From: Chloroflexota bacterium
GTDB lineage: Bacteria; Chloroflexota; Dormibacteria; Dormibacterales; Dormibacteraceae
Assembly (NCBI GenBank): GCA_005880795.1
Contig: VBGP01000022.1
Location: forward strand, 17,347-81,346
Direction of reading: 5' to 3'
DNA length: 64,000 nucleotides
Positions 18,603 through 26,525 of the stretch are shown here, piece by piece; the first letter of the stretch is position 1; every line of letters starts with the position of its first letter. A program made the position numbers and the translations under genes. Under the pieces are notes generated by a model. The model made no database searches, was not told where the DNA came from, and saw only the letters and a program-made list of their open reading frames with translations.

Positions 18603-19142
18603 GTGGAGGCACCCGTGCTGCCTGCGACCGAGGACGCCTGGCGGGAGTTTCCTGGCGAGGATCTGACTACGTCCGCCCTGCCTGAGGTGGCGGGCTGGAT
18701 CTCGATCTACGAGGAGATGGCGTCGGTCCTGCGCTCAGTGATTGGGCGCGCGGATGGATCAAGCGAAGCCGAAGAGCTGCATCGCAACTTGAGCTGGATC
18801 GAGCAGCGCCTCGCCATCTGGCGCGACCGGCACGCCGAGCTGGCCGGGGTTGTCATCGACCACAAGAACCACACGCTCACTTACGCGGGGAAATCGCTGC
18901 CCCTCACCCGGCGAGAGGCGGACCTCCTGGACTTCCTGCTCCGCCATCCGCGGCGGCCATTCACCAGCAAGCAGCTGGCGACGCTGGCGTGGCAGAACTC
19001 GAGGCTGTCGGATGCGCAGGTTCGCACCTACATCATGCGATTGAGGAGCCGTTTGCGAGCGGTGGGCCTGGGAGAGGTCATCACCGTCGTCAGGAACCGC
19101 GGCTATGGCATCGCAAGTCTTGGCCGGGACGGCGAAGGATGA
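18603..19142 (+). CDS. Winged-helix (OmpR/PhoB Trans_reg_C type) DNA-binding protein with a novel N-terminal helical domain in place of a receiver (copy C)
   Basis: The C-terminus (LTRREADLLDFLLRHPRRPFTSKQL...VRTYIMRLRSRL...ITVVRNRGYGI) is a classical OmpR-type wHTH. The N-terminal roughly 85 aa lack REC motifs and match the local paralog family. Confidence 0.75.
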   Translation: MEAPVLPATEDAWREFPGEDLTTSALPEVAGWISIYEEMASVLRSVIGRADGSSEAEELHRNLSWIEQRLAIWRDRHAELAGVVIDHKNHTLTYAGKSLPLTRREADLLDFLLRHPRRPFTSKQLATLAWQNSRLSDAQVRTYIMRLRSRLRAVGLGEVITVVRNRGYGIASLGRDGEG

Positions 19143-19552
19143 CCGAAATCACGCCCGCCGCATCGATCGCTGAGACCCTGATTTCAGCGCGCCTGCTGAT
19201 GCTTCAGTCGAAGCGCCTCATCCTGGCCACCCTGGAGCGCCGAATGAGACAGCGGCCGCTTGACGAGCTTCGTGGCCGGGTTGAGGAAATGCGAATGGAG
19301 ACGGAGAGCGCTCAACACGGCTACTCAACGTCGATGTTGCGGTGGGGCTCGCCGGAGACTCCGGATTACTGGCCCGTGGCTTACAGGCGGCTGGTCGAGA
19401 TGGCCGAAAGGCTGTCGGCCAAGTTGCGCCGGTCGGCTCCTGACCTGCCTCCGGCGGAGAGATACCAGCTGGCCGCCGAGGTGGAGATGCTCGAGGTGCT
19501 CGTCGACGGCTGGCGCGACTCGATTCGAGCGTCGATGGCGTCCGTCGCCTAA
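19139..19552 (+). CDS. Hypothetical helical protein, divergent member of the same local family (copy E)
   Basis: ATG at 19139 overlaps the stop of the preceding gene (ATGA). Contains PDYWPVAYRRLVEMAERL...LEVLVDGWRDSI. Confidence 0.55.
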   Translation: MTEITPAASIAETLISARLLMLQSKRLILATLERRMRQRPLDELRGRVEEMRMETESAQHGYSTSMLRWGSPETPDYWPVAYRRLVEMAERLSAKLRRSAPDLPPAERYQLAAEVEMLEVLVDGWRDSIRASMASVA

Positions 19553-21369
19553 GGGTCCGAACCCTTCAGCTCCTCCATCACCAACACGACACCCGTCGGA
19601 AGGTCGCCGTCACCAAGGGTGTGCGCGATGACCCGGCAGCGGATCCGGCGGCCCCTTCTGGTCGTCGCGACGACGACGAGCTCGCGATGGCGCGGCGCTC
19701 CGCCGCTCCCGGCCTGAATCATGGCTTTCAACTGGTCCGCCGGAAGTCCGATATCGAGGTCGAAGAACGAGTTTCCCACCACCTCATCCGACCGCACGCC
19801 CCATAGGTCCGCCGCCCGCTCGTTCCACACCTGGACCTTGAATGCACCATCAAGGACCGCAGCCCCGACCTCGATGTTTCCCGTGATCGCGAGCAGCAAC
19901 GTGTTCAGCCGCTGCACCTCACCGGTCCGGAGGTTGAGGTCGGTGTTGATGCTCTCGAGCTCGGCGTTGGTCGATTCGAGCTCCTCGTTCAGCGTCTCCA
20001 GCTCCTCGTTCGTCGACTGAAGCTCCTCGTTGGTGGTTTCGAGCTCCTCCACGGTCGACTGGAGCTCCTCATTGGTGGTCTCGAGCTCCTCCTTACCCGA
20101 TTGCAGCTCCTGACTCAGGCGCTCAATATCTGAACGGAGGCGCGTCAGGTGGGTCACGTCAAAAAAGTTGACGGCGGTCCCGACCAGCGAGCCATCCTCG
20201 TCAACCAGGGGCGCGACGTGAACGTCAAAGATCCCCGTGGTCCCGTCGGCGTGCTTGAGCTCAACGCTCTGCATTGTTGCGGGTTGCCGGTCCCGGCTGA
20301 CCCGGTCGATCGGGGTCCGCAGGTCGATTGGTTTGTAAGAGAGCTGAAGGTCCTTGAGCGCGCGCCCGATGTCGGAAACCGGCACATCGAACGTGTCACG
20401 GGCCGGCTGGTTCGCGCTCACCAGGACCCCTGTGGCGTCGATGACGACCTGCGGGAACGGAGCTCCTTCCGTTGCCAGCTCTCGGACGCGCAGCTGACGG
20501 GCGACGTGGTTTGACGCCTCCGCGTTGCCCGACTGTGCGAGCAGCATCAAGCGTTCCCGTGGCTGGAGCTTCGCCACCTTGGTGAAAAGGCGTTCCTTCA
20601 ACTCAATGGGCGTGAACAGGGCCGTGTGCGTCAGCAGCATCTCCGCCCGGCCGAGAAAAAGATAGCCGTCATCGTTCAGCGCGTAATGAAACCGAGCCAG
20701 AATCCGTCCCTGCGCCTCCGCCGTGAAATAGATGAGGGTGTTTCGGCAGATCAAGAGGTCGAGCCGTGAGATGGGCGCGTCCTGCGTCAGGTCGTGCCGG
20801 CCGAAGATCATGGAGCGCCGCAGCGCGGAGCGAAAGACGAACCGCTCGCCCTGGTGATCGAAGTACCTTTCCTTGAGATCGTCGTGCAGCGACTCCAGCT
20901 CCTTGGCTGAGTAGCCGGCGCGGGCTTTGCTCAACGACTCCTCGTCGACGTCGGTGGCGTAGATCTTGACCCGGTCGAGGAAGGACGCTTCGCCGATGGC
21001 CTCACAGAAAAGCATCGCTGCGGAGAAGGCCTCCTCTCCCGACGACGTTCCTGCGCTCCAGACGCGGATATCGCCATCCCTGGCGACGATCCGCGGCACG
21101 AGGTGGTCACGCAGGTAATCCCATGCCGAGCTGTCCCGGAAGAACTCGGTCACGTTGATGAGGATCTTGTTGAAGAGGGTCACGAATTCATCGGGATGGA
21201 CTTCCAGGTAGTCGTGATACGCACGGAAGTTGTCGATCCCCAGCTCCGAGCACCGGTGAGCGACCCTGCGCATGAGGCTGGCCCTCTTGTAGCCGGTGAA
21301 GTCGAAGCCTCGAGAATCGCGCAGGAACTCGATCAGGCGCTCAAAATCGCTTCCCGCTTCGAGCGTCAA
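19549..21369 (-). CDS. CheR-type SAM-dependent methyltransferase with coiled coil and C-terminal PAS domain (CheB/CheR-fusion-family architecture, CheR half)
   Basis: Contains FDFTGYKRASLMRRV and RVWSAGTSSGEEAFS (CheR SAM motif). Heptad run EELETTNEELQSTVEELETTNEELQSTNEELETLNEELESTNAELE, then a PAS-like C-terminus. Confidence 0.9.
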   Translation of the reverse strand: MTLEAGSDFERLIEFLRDSRGFDFTGYKRASLMRRVAHRCSELGIDNFRAYHDYLEVHPDEFVTLFNKILINVTEFFRDSSAWDYLRDHLVPRIVARDGDIRVWSAGTSSGEEAFSAAMLFCEAIGEASFLDRVKIYATDVDEESLSKARAGYSAKELESLHDDLKERYFDHQGERFVFRSALRRSMIFGRHDLTQDAPISRLDLLICRNTLIYFTAEAQGRILARFHYALNDDGYLFLGRAEMLLTHTALFTPIELKERLFTKVAKLQPRERLMLLAQSGNAEASNHVARQLRVRELATEGAPFPQVVIDATGVLVSANQPARDTFDVPVSDIGRALKDLQLSYKPIDLRTPIDRVSRDRQPATMQSVELKHADGTTGIFDVHVAPLVDEDGSLVGTAVNFFDVTHLTRLRSDIERLSQELQSGKEELETTNEELQSTVEELETTNEELQSTNEELETLNEELESTNAELESINTDLNLRTGEVQRLNTLLLAITGNIEVGAAVLDGAFKVQVWNERAADLWGVRSDEVVGNSFFDLDIGLPADQLKAMIQAGSGGAPRHRELVVVATTRRGRRIRCRVIAHTLGDGDLPTGVVLVMEELKGSDP

Positions 21370-21965
21370 GTGAGCGCCTCAGCCGCGACGAGCGTTGCGA
21401 GCTTCGGCGCGATCTCGTCCAACGGCAGGATGAAGTCAACCGCGCCTGTTTTGATCGCCGCGGACGGCATTCCAAAAAATTCCGAAGTGGCTTCGTCCTG
21501 AGCCAGAACGGTGCCGCCTCGCTGCTTGATCGCGGTCACGCCCAGCGCTCCATCGTGGCCGCTACCGGTCAGTACGACCGCGATCGCACGTGGCCCGTAC
21601 GCGGCTGCCACGGATTCGAACATCAGGTCGGCGGAGGGTCTCACGAAGTTGACCAGCTCAGTGTCGGTGAGAGTTAGTGTGCCGCGTTTGACGAGGAGGT
21701 GGCGGTCGGGCGGTGCGAGGTAGATGTGGCCCCTCTCCAGCTGCGCTCCCTCTTCCGCATGGACCACCGGCAGCCGTGCATGGCGTCCGATCACCTGCGG
21801 CATCAGGCTTCGGTGGCGCGGATCGACGTGCTGCACGATGACGACGATCGCGCCGAGGGTTGCGGGTAGATGGCGGAGGACCTCGGTAAGGGCGCTGACG
21901 CCGCCGGCTGAGGCCGCGATGGCGATGATCTCGAAGGAGGTCGGCGATCCGCGAAACGGCTTCAG
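21366..21965 (-). CDS. CheB-type methylesterase catalytic domain protein (no receiver domain); start codon unresolved
   Basis: Contains IIAIAASAGGVSALTEVLRHLP...VVIVQHVDPRH...VVLTGSGHDG. The conserved N-terminal roughly 40 aa lie upstream of the first ATG (21836). No ATG, GTG or TTG exists in frame back to the stop at 22020-22022. The 5' end shown here is a CTG at 21965. Confidence 0.7.
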   Translation of the reverse strand: MKPFRGSPTSFEIIAIAASAGGVSALTEVLRHLPATLGAIVVIVQHVDPRHRSLMPQVIGRHARLPVVHAEEGAQLERGHIYLAPPDRHLLVKRGTLTLTDTELVNFVRPSADLMFESVAAAYGPRAIAVVLTGSGHDGALGVTAIKQRGGTVLAQDEATSEFFGMPSAAIKTGAVDFILPLDEIAPKLATLVAAEALT

Positions 21966-22348
21966 TCGGGGCCGCGGCTCCGGCCGCCCTTCATCTCGGC
22001 CGCCCGGATCTTCCAGAAATCACGCCGCAGCTCGAAACGCGAGGCCTGCGTCTCCAGAAGGACCACGTCGGTCTCGCGTATCGCTCGGGCCACCTCCGGC
22101 TCGGCGCGCTCGGCGTACTGGTGGGATAAATCGATCAGCTGGTGCTTGAAACGGATCAGCTCGTCGTACGTGGCGATCCAGCGGTGAGCCTGGTCCAGGG
22201 TGGCCGTAGCCGGGTTCTCCCCCTGGAGACGGTAGCCTGGATCGCCGAGTCGCTGGAGGAAGGCCGTCGTCATCTCACGCCGTTGCATTGTGCATTTTTC
22301 TTCCCATATCCCCATAACCGGATCGTCCAGATTTGTACCTGTCATCAT
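21962..22348 (-). CDS. Hypothetical helical protein of the local paralog family (copy A)
   Basis: Contains GENPATATLDQAHRWIATYDELIRFKHQL...ASRFELRRDFW, clearly similar to the ORF at 26214. The start is uncertain (M at 22348, 22315 or 22288). Confidence 0.6.
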   Translation of the reverse strand: MMTGTNLDDPVMGIWEEKCTMQRREMTTAFLQRLGDPGYRLQGENPATATLDQAHRWIATYDELIRFKHQLIDLSHQYAERAEPEVARAIRETDVVLLETQASRFELRRDFWKIRAAEMKGGRSRGPD

Positions 22349-22377
22349 GCTCTCGATCGGTTGGGAGGGGGCGAGCC

Positions 22378-23466
22378 ATGGGTCAGGATGTGAGGGCCGA
22401 GGTCGTGGGCAGCCTTCTGCGGCCAGACTTTTTGGTCGCGGCGCGCAAACGGCTCGAAGCGGGCGAGCTGGACCCTCCGCACTTCAAAGAGATCGAAGAC
22501 CGGGCCGTCGATGAGGCGATCGAGGTCCAGACCTCAGCCGGCATCGACGTGATCACCGACGGCGAGCAGCGCCGGTACGCGTTCTTCGGCCATCTCGTCG
22601 ATGCGATGGCGGGATTCGACAAATACGGCGGTTGGGCCATCCCGTTTCGCGACGAAAAGGGAGAGGAGCTCGTCTTCAAGCGACCGGTCGTCGTCGACAA
22701 GCTGAGGCCGCTGCGCAACATGGCCGCCGAGGAGTTCACCTACCTGCGGGCGAGCACCGGCGTGCCGGCGAAGGTGACGATGATCAGCGCCCAGCAGGCG
22801 GCGGCTTACTACGACCCCAACAAATCAAAAGGTGCGTACCCGACGCTTGACGCGTATCTCGCCGACGTGGTCGACCTGAGCCGGCGGGAGGTCGATGAGC
22901 TGATTCGCCTCGGATGCACCTACGTTCAGATCGACGCTCCCCAATACGCGGCGCTGCTCGACCCCGAGCTGCGCGAGGGATACCGAAAGCGCGGCAGCGA
23001 CCCGGAGACCTTGATCGATACATGCATCGAGATGGACAACGCGATCATCGCCGGCCACCCCGGCGTGACGTTCGCGATTCACATCTGCCGCGGCAACAAC
23101 CAGAGCAAGTTCTACGCGGCAGGCGACTATGGGCCGATCGCTCGAATCTTTGAAAGGACTGGTTTCAACCGGTTCCTCCTGGAGTACGACGACGAGCGCT
23201 CGGGTGGGTTCGAGCCGCTAAAGCATGTGCCGGAGGATCGGGTTGTCGTGCTTGGTCTGGTCACGAGCAAAAAGCCGGCGCTCGAGTCGGAAGAGGAGCT
23301 CAAGCGAAGGATCGTCGAAGCGGCGCGTTACTTGCCGCTGGATCGACTGGCAATCAGCCCTCAGTGCGGGTTCGCATCCACCATGGAGGGCAACCGGGTG
23401 ACCCGGGAGGACCAGCGCAAGAAGCTGGAGCTGGTCGGCAGCGTCGCGCGCTCGGTGTGGGGTTGA
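22378..23466 (+). CDS. Cobalamin-independent methionine synthase family protein (MetE C-terminal-like, Meth_synt_2)
   Basis: Contains VGSLLRP, DVITDGEQRR, IQIDAP, HICRGN and SPQCGF. ATG at 22378 preceded by GGGAGGGGG. Confidence 0.85.
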   Translation: MGQDVRAEVVGSLLRPDFLVAARKRLEAGELDPPHFKEIEDRAVDEAIEVQTSAGIDVITDGEQRRYAFFGHLVDAMAGFDKYGGWAIPFRDEKGEELVFKRPVVVDKLRPLRNMAAEEFTYLRASTGVPAKVTMISAQQAAAYYDPNKSKGAYPTLDAYLADVVDLSRREVDELIRLGCTYVQIDAPQYAALLDPELREGYRKRGSDPETLIDTCIEMDNAIIAGHPGVTFAIHICRGNNQSKFYAAGDYGPIARIFERTGFNRFLLEYDDERSGGFEPLKHVPEDRVVVLGLVTSKKPALESEEELKRRIVEAARYLPLDRLAISPQCGFASTMEGNRVTREDQRKKLELVGSVARSVWG

Positions 23467-23508
23467 ACGTTTGCGCCGGCCGGCGCCTCATGCTTAAGAT
23501 CGACAGAA

Positions 23509-24663
23509 GTGCTGCGGAAGTCGAATACGGCTGAGCCGAGGGATCTCGGCGATCAGTTCGCGCTCCTGGTCTCCAGTGTGGTCGATTACGGGATCTTCAT
23601 GCTTGATCCATCAGGTGTGGTCGTCACGTGGAACGAGGGCGCCCAGCGCATCAAGGGCTATGCAGCGACGGAGATCATCGGCCGGCACTTCTCGGTCTTC
23701 TACCCGGCGGAAGAAATCAGAAACCGCAAGCCCGACTGGGAGCTCGAGGTCGCCAGGCGCGAGGGCCGCTACGAAGAGGAAGGGTGGCGGATCCGCAAAG
23801 ACGGCACGCGCTTTTGGGCCAACGTGATCATCACCGCGCTCCGCGATGAGTCGGGCCGGCTGCGAGGCTTCGGCAAAGTGACGAGGGACCTCACTGAACC
23901 CCGGGCTCAGGAAATCCAGCGCAACCTGGACCGCGAGAAAGAGGCCCTGCAGCTTCGAGCGCATGCCGAGCGTATGGCGGAGCTGGAACGCACCAAGACG
24001 CATTTCCTCAACCTCGCGTCGCACGAACTGCGTGGACCCCTGACTGTGGTCCGTGGTTACAACTCGATGCTGGCCGACGGCTCGATCCCACCTGATCAGG
24101 TTCCCGCCGTATCGCGAATGCTGGAGATCAAACTGGCCCAGATGGAGCGGTTGATAGAGCAGATGCTCGACACGGCACGTCTCGAGGAGGAAAGCAACGA
24201 GCCGTCACGCGAGACGTTTGACCTGCGATTTGTCGCCCAGGAGCAGATCGACGTGTTCCGGCCGCTTTCGGGCGGTCATGTCCTCGTCCTGGATGGCGGT
24301 GACGGAAAGGTGCTGGTCAGCGGCGACCGGCTCCGGATAGCGATGATCGTCGCCAACCTCCTGGACAACGCGCTCAAGTACTCGCCGCAAGGGGGAGAGG
24401 TTCAATGCAGAGTCGGCGTGCGAGACGGACATGCCTTCATCAGCGTGCGCGACGTTGGGCTGGGCATTGCACCCGAGCACATATCGCGTCTGTTCATGCG
24501 GTTCGGTCGCCTGCCGACCGATGAGAACGTGACCATCCCGGGGACGGGCCTGGGCCTTTTCCTGTGCAAGGAGATCGCGGCCCGCCATGGCGGTGATATC
24601 ACCGTGGTTTCGGTCCCCGGCATGGGCAGCGAATTCACGCTGACTCTACCTTCGGCCGGATAG
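23509..24663 (+). CDS. Cytoplasmic PAS-domain sensor histidine kinase
   Basis: PAS domain (VVTWNEGAQRIKGYAATEIIGRHFSVFY), HisKA domain (FLNLASHELRGPLT) and HATPase_c domain (NLLDNALKYSP, GTGLGLFLCKEI). Confidence 0.9.
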   Translation: MLRKSNTAEPRDLGDQFALLVSSVVDYGIFMLDPSGVVVTWNEGAQRIKGYAATEIIGRHFSVFYPAEEIRNRKPDWELEVARREGRYEEEGWRIRKDGTRFWANVIITALRDESGRLRGFGKVTRDLTEPRAQEIQRNLDREKEALQLRAHAERMAELERTKTHFLNLASHELRGPLTVVRGYNSMLADGSIPPDQVPAVSRMLEIKLAQMERLIEQMLDTARLEEESNEPSRETFDLRFVAQEQIDVFRPLSGGHVLVLDGGDGKVLVSGDRLRIAMIVANLLDNALKYSPQGGEVQCRVGVRDGHAFISVRDVGLGIAPEHISRLFMRFGRLPTDENVTIPGTGLGLFLCKEIAARHGGDITVVSVPGMGSEFTLTLPSAG

Positions 24664-24671
24664 CCTTCCGC

Positions 24672-24845
24672 TTCACCTCCCCGCCCGCCGGGGAGGTCGG
24701 CCGCCGTGCGGCCGGGTGGGGAGTTGCGATTCACCTCCCCGCCCGCCGGGGAGGTCGGCCGCCGTCCGGCCGGGTGGGGGGTTGCGATTCACCTCCCCGC
24801 CCGCCGGGGAGGTCGGCCGGCGTCCGGCCGGGTGGGGGGTTGCGA
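24672..24845. repeat. Three tandem copies of a 58-bp GC-rich unit, each able to form two hairpins
   Basis: Units start at 24672, 24730 and 24788 (TTCACCTCCCCGCCCGCCGGGGAGGTCGGCCGCCGTNCGGCCGGGTGGGGNGTTGCGA). Stem 1 is CCTCCCCG/CGGGGAGG and stem 2 is CGGCCG/CGGCCG. Most differences between copies fall in the loop of stem 2. Confidence 0.9.
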
Positions 24846-24880
24846 GTCCCCTTGCCCGCATCATCAGAAGGTGCGAACAT

Positions 24881-26182
24881 TTGCTCGTTGTGAGCCAACC
24901 GTCGCCTGAAGCCATCGGGCTTGGCTTGAACACGGCCGACCCCACCACCCTCGTCATCGACCTCAACTGCGCCTTCGCCTCGATCGAGCAGCAGCAGGAC
25001 GCGGCACTTCGCGGCCGCCCGGTCGCGATCGCCGCCTACGCCACCGACGCCGCAACCATCGTCTCGTCGTCGCGCGAAGCGCGAGACCTCGGCATCAAGA
25101 CCGGCATGCGCGTTTTCGAGGCCAAAGCCATCTTCCCGGCCGTCATCGTCCGCGAGCCCGACCCGCCCCTCTACCGCTCCGTCTCGGACAAGCTCATGGA
25201 GATCATCGAGCGACACACGCCCGATGTGCGTCGAATGTCCATCGACGAGGCCTCGCTCAACCTGGCCGGCACGCCGGACTTGAAAAGGCTCGGCCCCGAA
25301 GGCGTTGGGCGCGTGGTCAAAGCGGCGATTCGTGAGGAGATCGGAGAGTGCGTGACCGCGTCGGTGGGCGTCTCGACCTCGATCTGGATGGCCAAGCAGG
25401 CGTCGAACGTGGACAAGCGCGACGGCCTGCAGCGGATCGACCACACCAACCTGGTATCGGTCTTCGAGCGGCTGCAGCTCACCGACCTGTCGGGGATCGC
25501 CGAGGCCACCGCGAGCCGGCTTGCCCGCGCCGGCATCCTCTCGCCCGTTCAGTTCCTGCGGGCGACCCCGCCGCGACTGCGCCTGGCCGGCATGCACTCC
25601 GAGGTCGCGCGCGGGTGGAGCATGCGCCTCCGCGGGTTCGAGGTCGGCGGTTTCGAGACCACCAAACGGAAGAGCTACAGCCATTCGCACGTGCTCGCTC
25701 GCGCCACCGCTTCGCAGGGCGAGCTGGAAGAGCTCCTGATGCGCCTGTCGGACATGGTCGGCCGGCGGCTGCGGGCCGCCGCGAGGCGGGGCCGCGTGGT
25801 CTCGGTGGGCGTCGTCTACCGGCCGGACGCGGGCCACTTCTCCAAGCAGGCGAAGCAGCCCAAACCGATCTCGACCGGGGACGAGATATACCTGGCGGCC
25901 CTGACGCTGCTCGCTGCTCGTGACCCCCGGCGGACCATCGGCACGCTCGGAGTGGGCCTCTCCGACCTGGTCGACGGCGCCGGGGGCCAGCTCGACCTTT
26001 TCGCCCAGGCTGTGCTCCCCCGAAAGGAGCGGCTCGAGGCGGCGGTCGACGCGCTGCGGGATCGGTTTGGCGAAGACGCCGTCCAGCGCTCGCGGCTCCT
26101 CGGCCGCGCTCCAGTGGTGCGCGACCGCATCGCGTTTGGTAATACCGGACATCCTGATGAGTCGAGGCCGAATAAGTCGTGA
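24881..26182 (+). CDS. dinB: Y-family DNA polymerase (DinB/Pol IV-like)
   Basis: Contains VIDLNCAFASIEQQQDAALRGRPVAIA and MSIDEASLNL (catalytic acidic motifs). TTG at 24881 lies 9 nt after AGAAGG. The track ORF start at 24716 lies inside the tandem repeat. Confidence 0.85.
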   Translation: MLVVSQPSPEAIGLGLNTADPTTLVIDLNCAFASIEQQQDAALRGRPVAIAAYATDAATIVSSSREARDLGIKTGMRVFEAKAIFPAVIVREPDPPLYRSVSDKLMEIIERHTPDVRRMSIDEASLNLAGTPDLKRLGPEGVGRVVKAAIREEIGECVTASVGVSTSIWMAKQASNVDKRDGLQRIDHTNLVSVFERLQLTDLSGIAEATASRLARAGILSPVQFLRATPPRLRLAGMHSEVARGWSMRLRGFEVGGFETTKRKSYSHSHVLARATASQGELEELLMRLSDMVGRRLRAAARRGRVVSVGVVYRPDAGHFSKQAKQPKPISTGDEIYLAALTLLAARDPRRTIGTLGVGLSDLVDGAGGQLDLFAQAVLPRKERLEAAVDALRDRFGEDAVQRSRLLGRAPVVRDRIAFGNTGHPDESRPNKS

Positions 26183-26213
26183 CTTCCCGCCTGATAAAGA
26201 ACAAGATGAACGC

Positions 26214-26525
26214 ATGGCCTCCAGGAAAGAGGAGGCCGCCGGAGCGGCCTGGGAGGGCGCCGACCTCGATCGACCGATTCTCGGAGAGAACCCCGAATCG
26301 GAGTCGCTGGAGGACGCCCGCCGCTGGGTGACCGTCTACAGCTACTTGGTCAAGCTCGAGGAAGAGCTGCTCGACATGCTCGCCGGCGCCATCCCGCAGA
26401 TGCCGGACGCGGCCCAGCGGGAAGCTGAGCAGACCAACCTGCCGGTGTTGGCCTCGCAGGTCGAGCGCTTCCGGCACCGGCGGGACTACTGGGCCCACCG
26501 CCGGACCGAGCTGGAGGGGCGCTAG
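26214..26525 (+). CDS. Hypothetical helical protein of the local paralog family (copy B)
   Basis: Contains GENPESESLEDARRWVTVYSYLVKLEEEL...QVERFRHRRDYW. Lies 31 nt downstream of dinB. Its 3' end overlaps the 3' end of the convergent hybrid kinase by 4 nt. Confidence 0.6.
   Translation: MASRKEEAAGAAWEGADLDRPILGENPESESLEDARRWVTVYSYLVKLEEELLDMLAGAIPQMPDAAQREAEQTNLPVLASQVERFRHRRDYWAHRRTELEGR

Noticed and set aside
19930-20110. DNA-level repeats (GAGCTCCTC... units) suggestive of a repeat element
   Set aside because: They encode the heptad coiled coil EELETTNEELQST of the CheR-PAS protein, a feature typical of this protein family. It is a coding-sequence periodicity, not an independent element.
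24672-24845. Possible CRISPR array
   Set aside because: The 58-bp units are directly abutting with no unique spacers, there are only three copies, and there are no cas genes in the window. It is reported as a tandem structured repeat instead.
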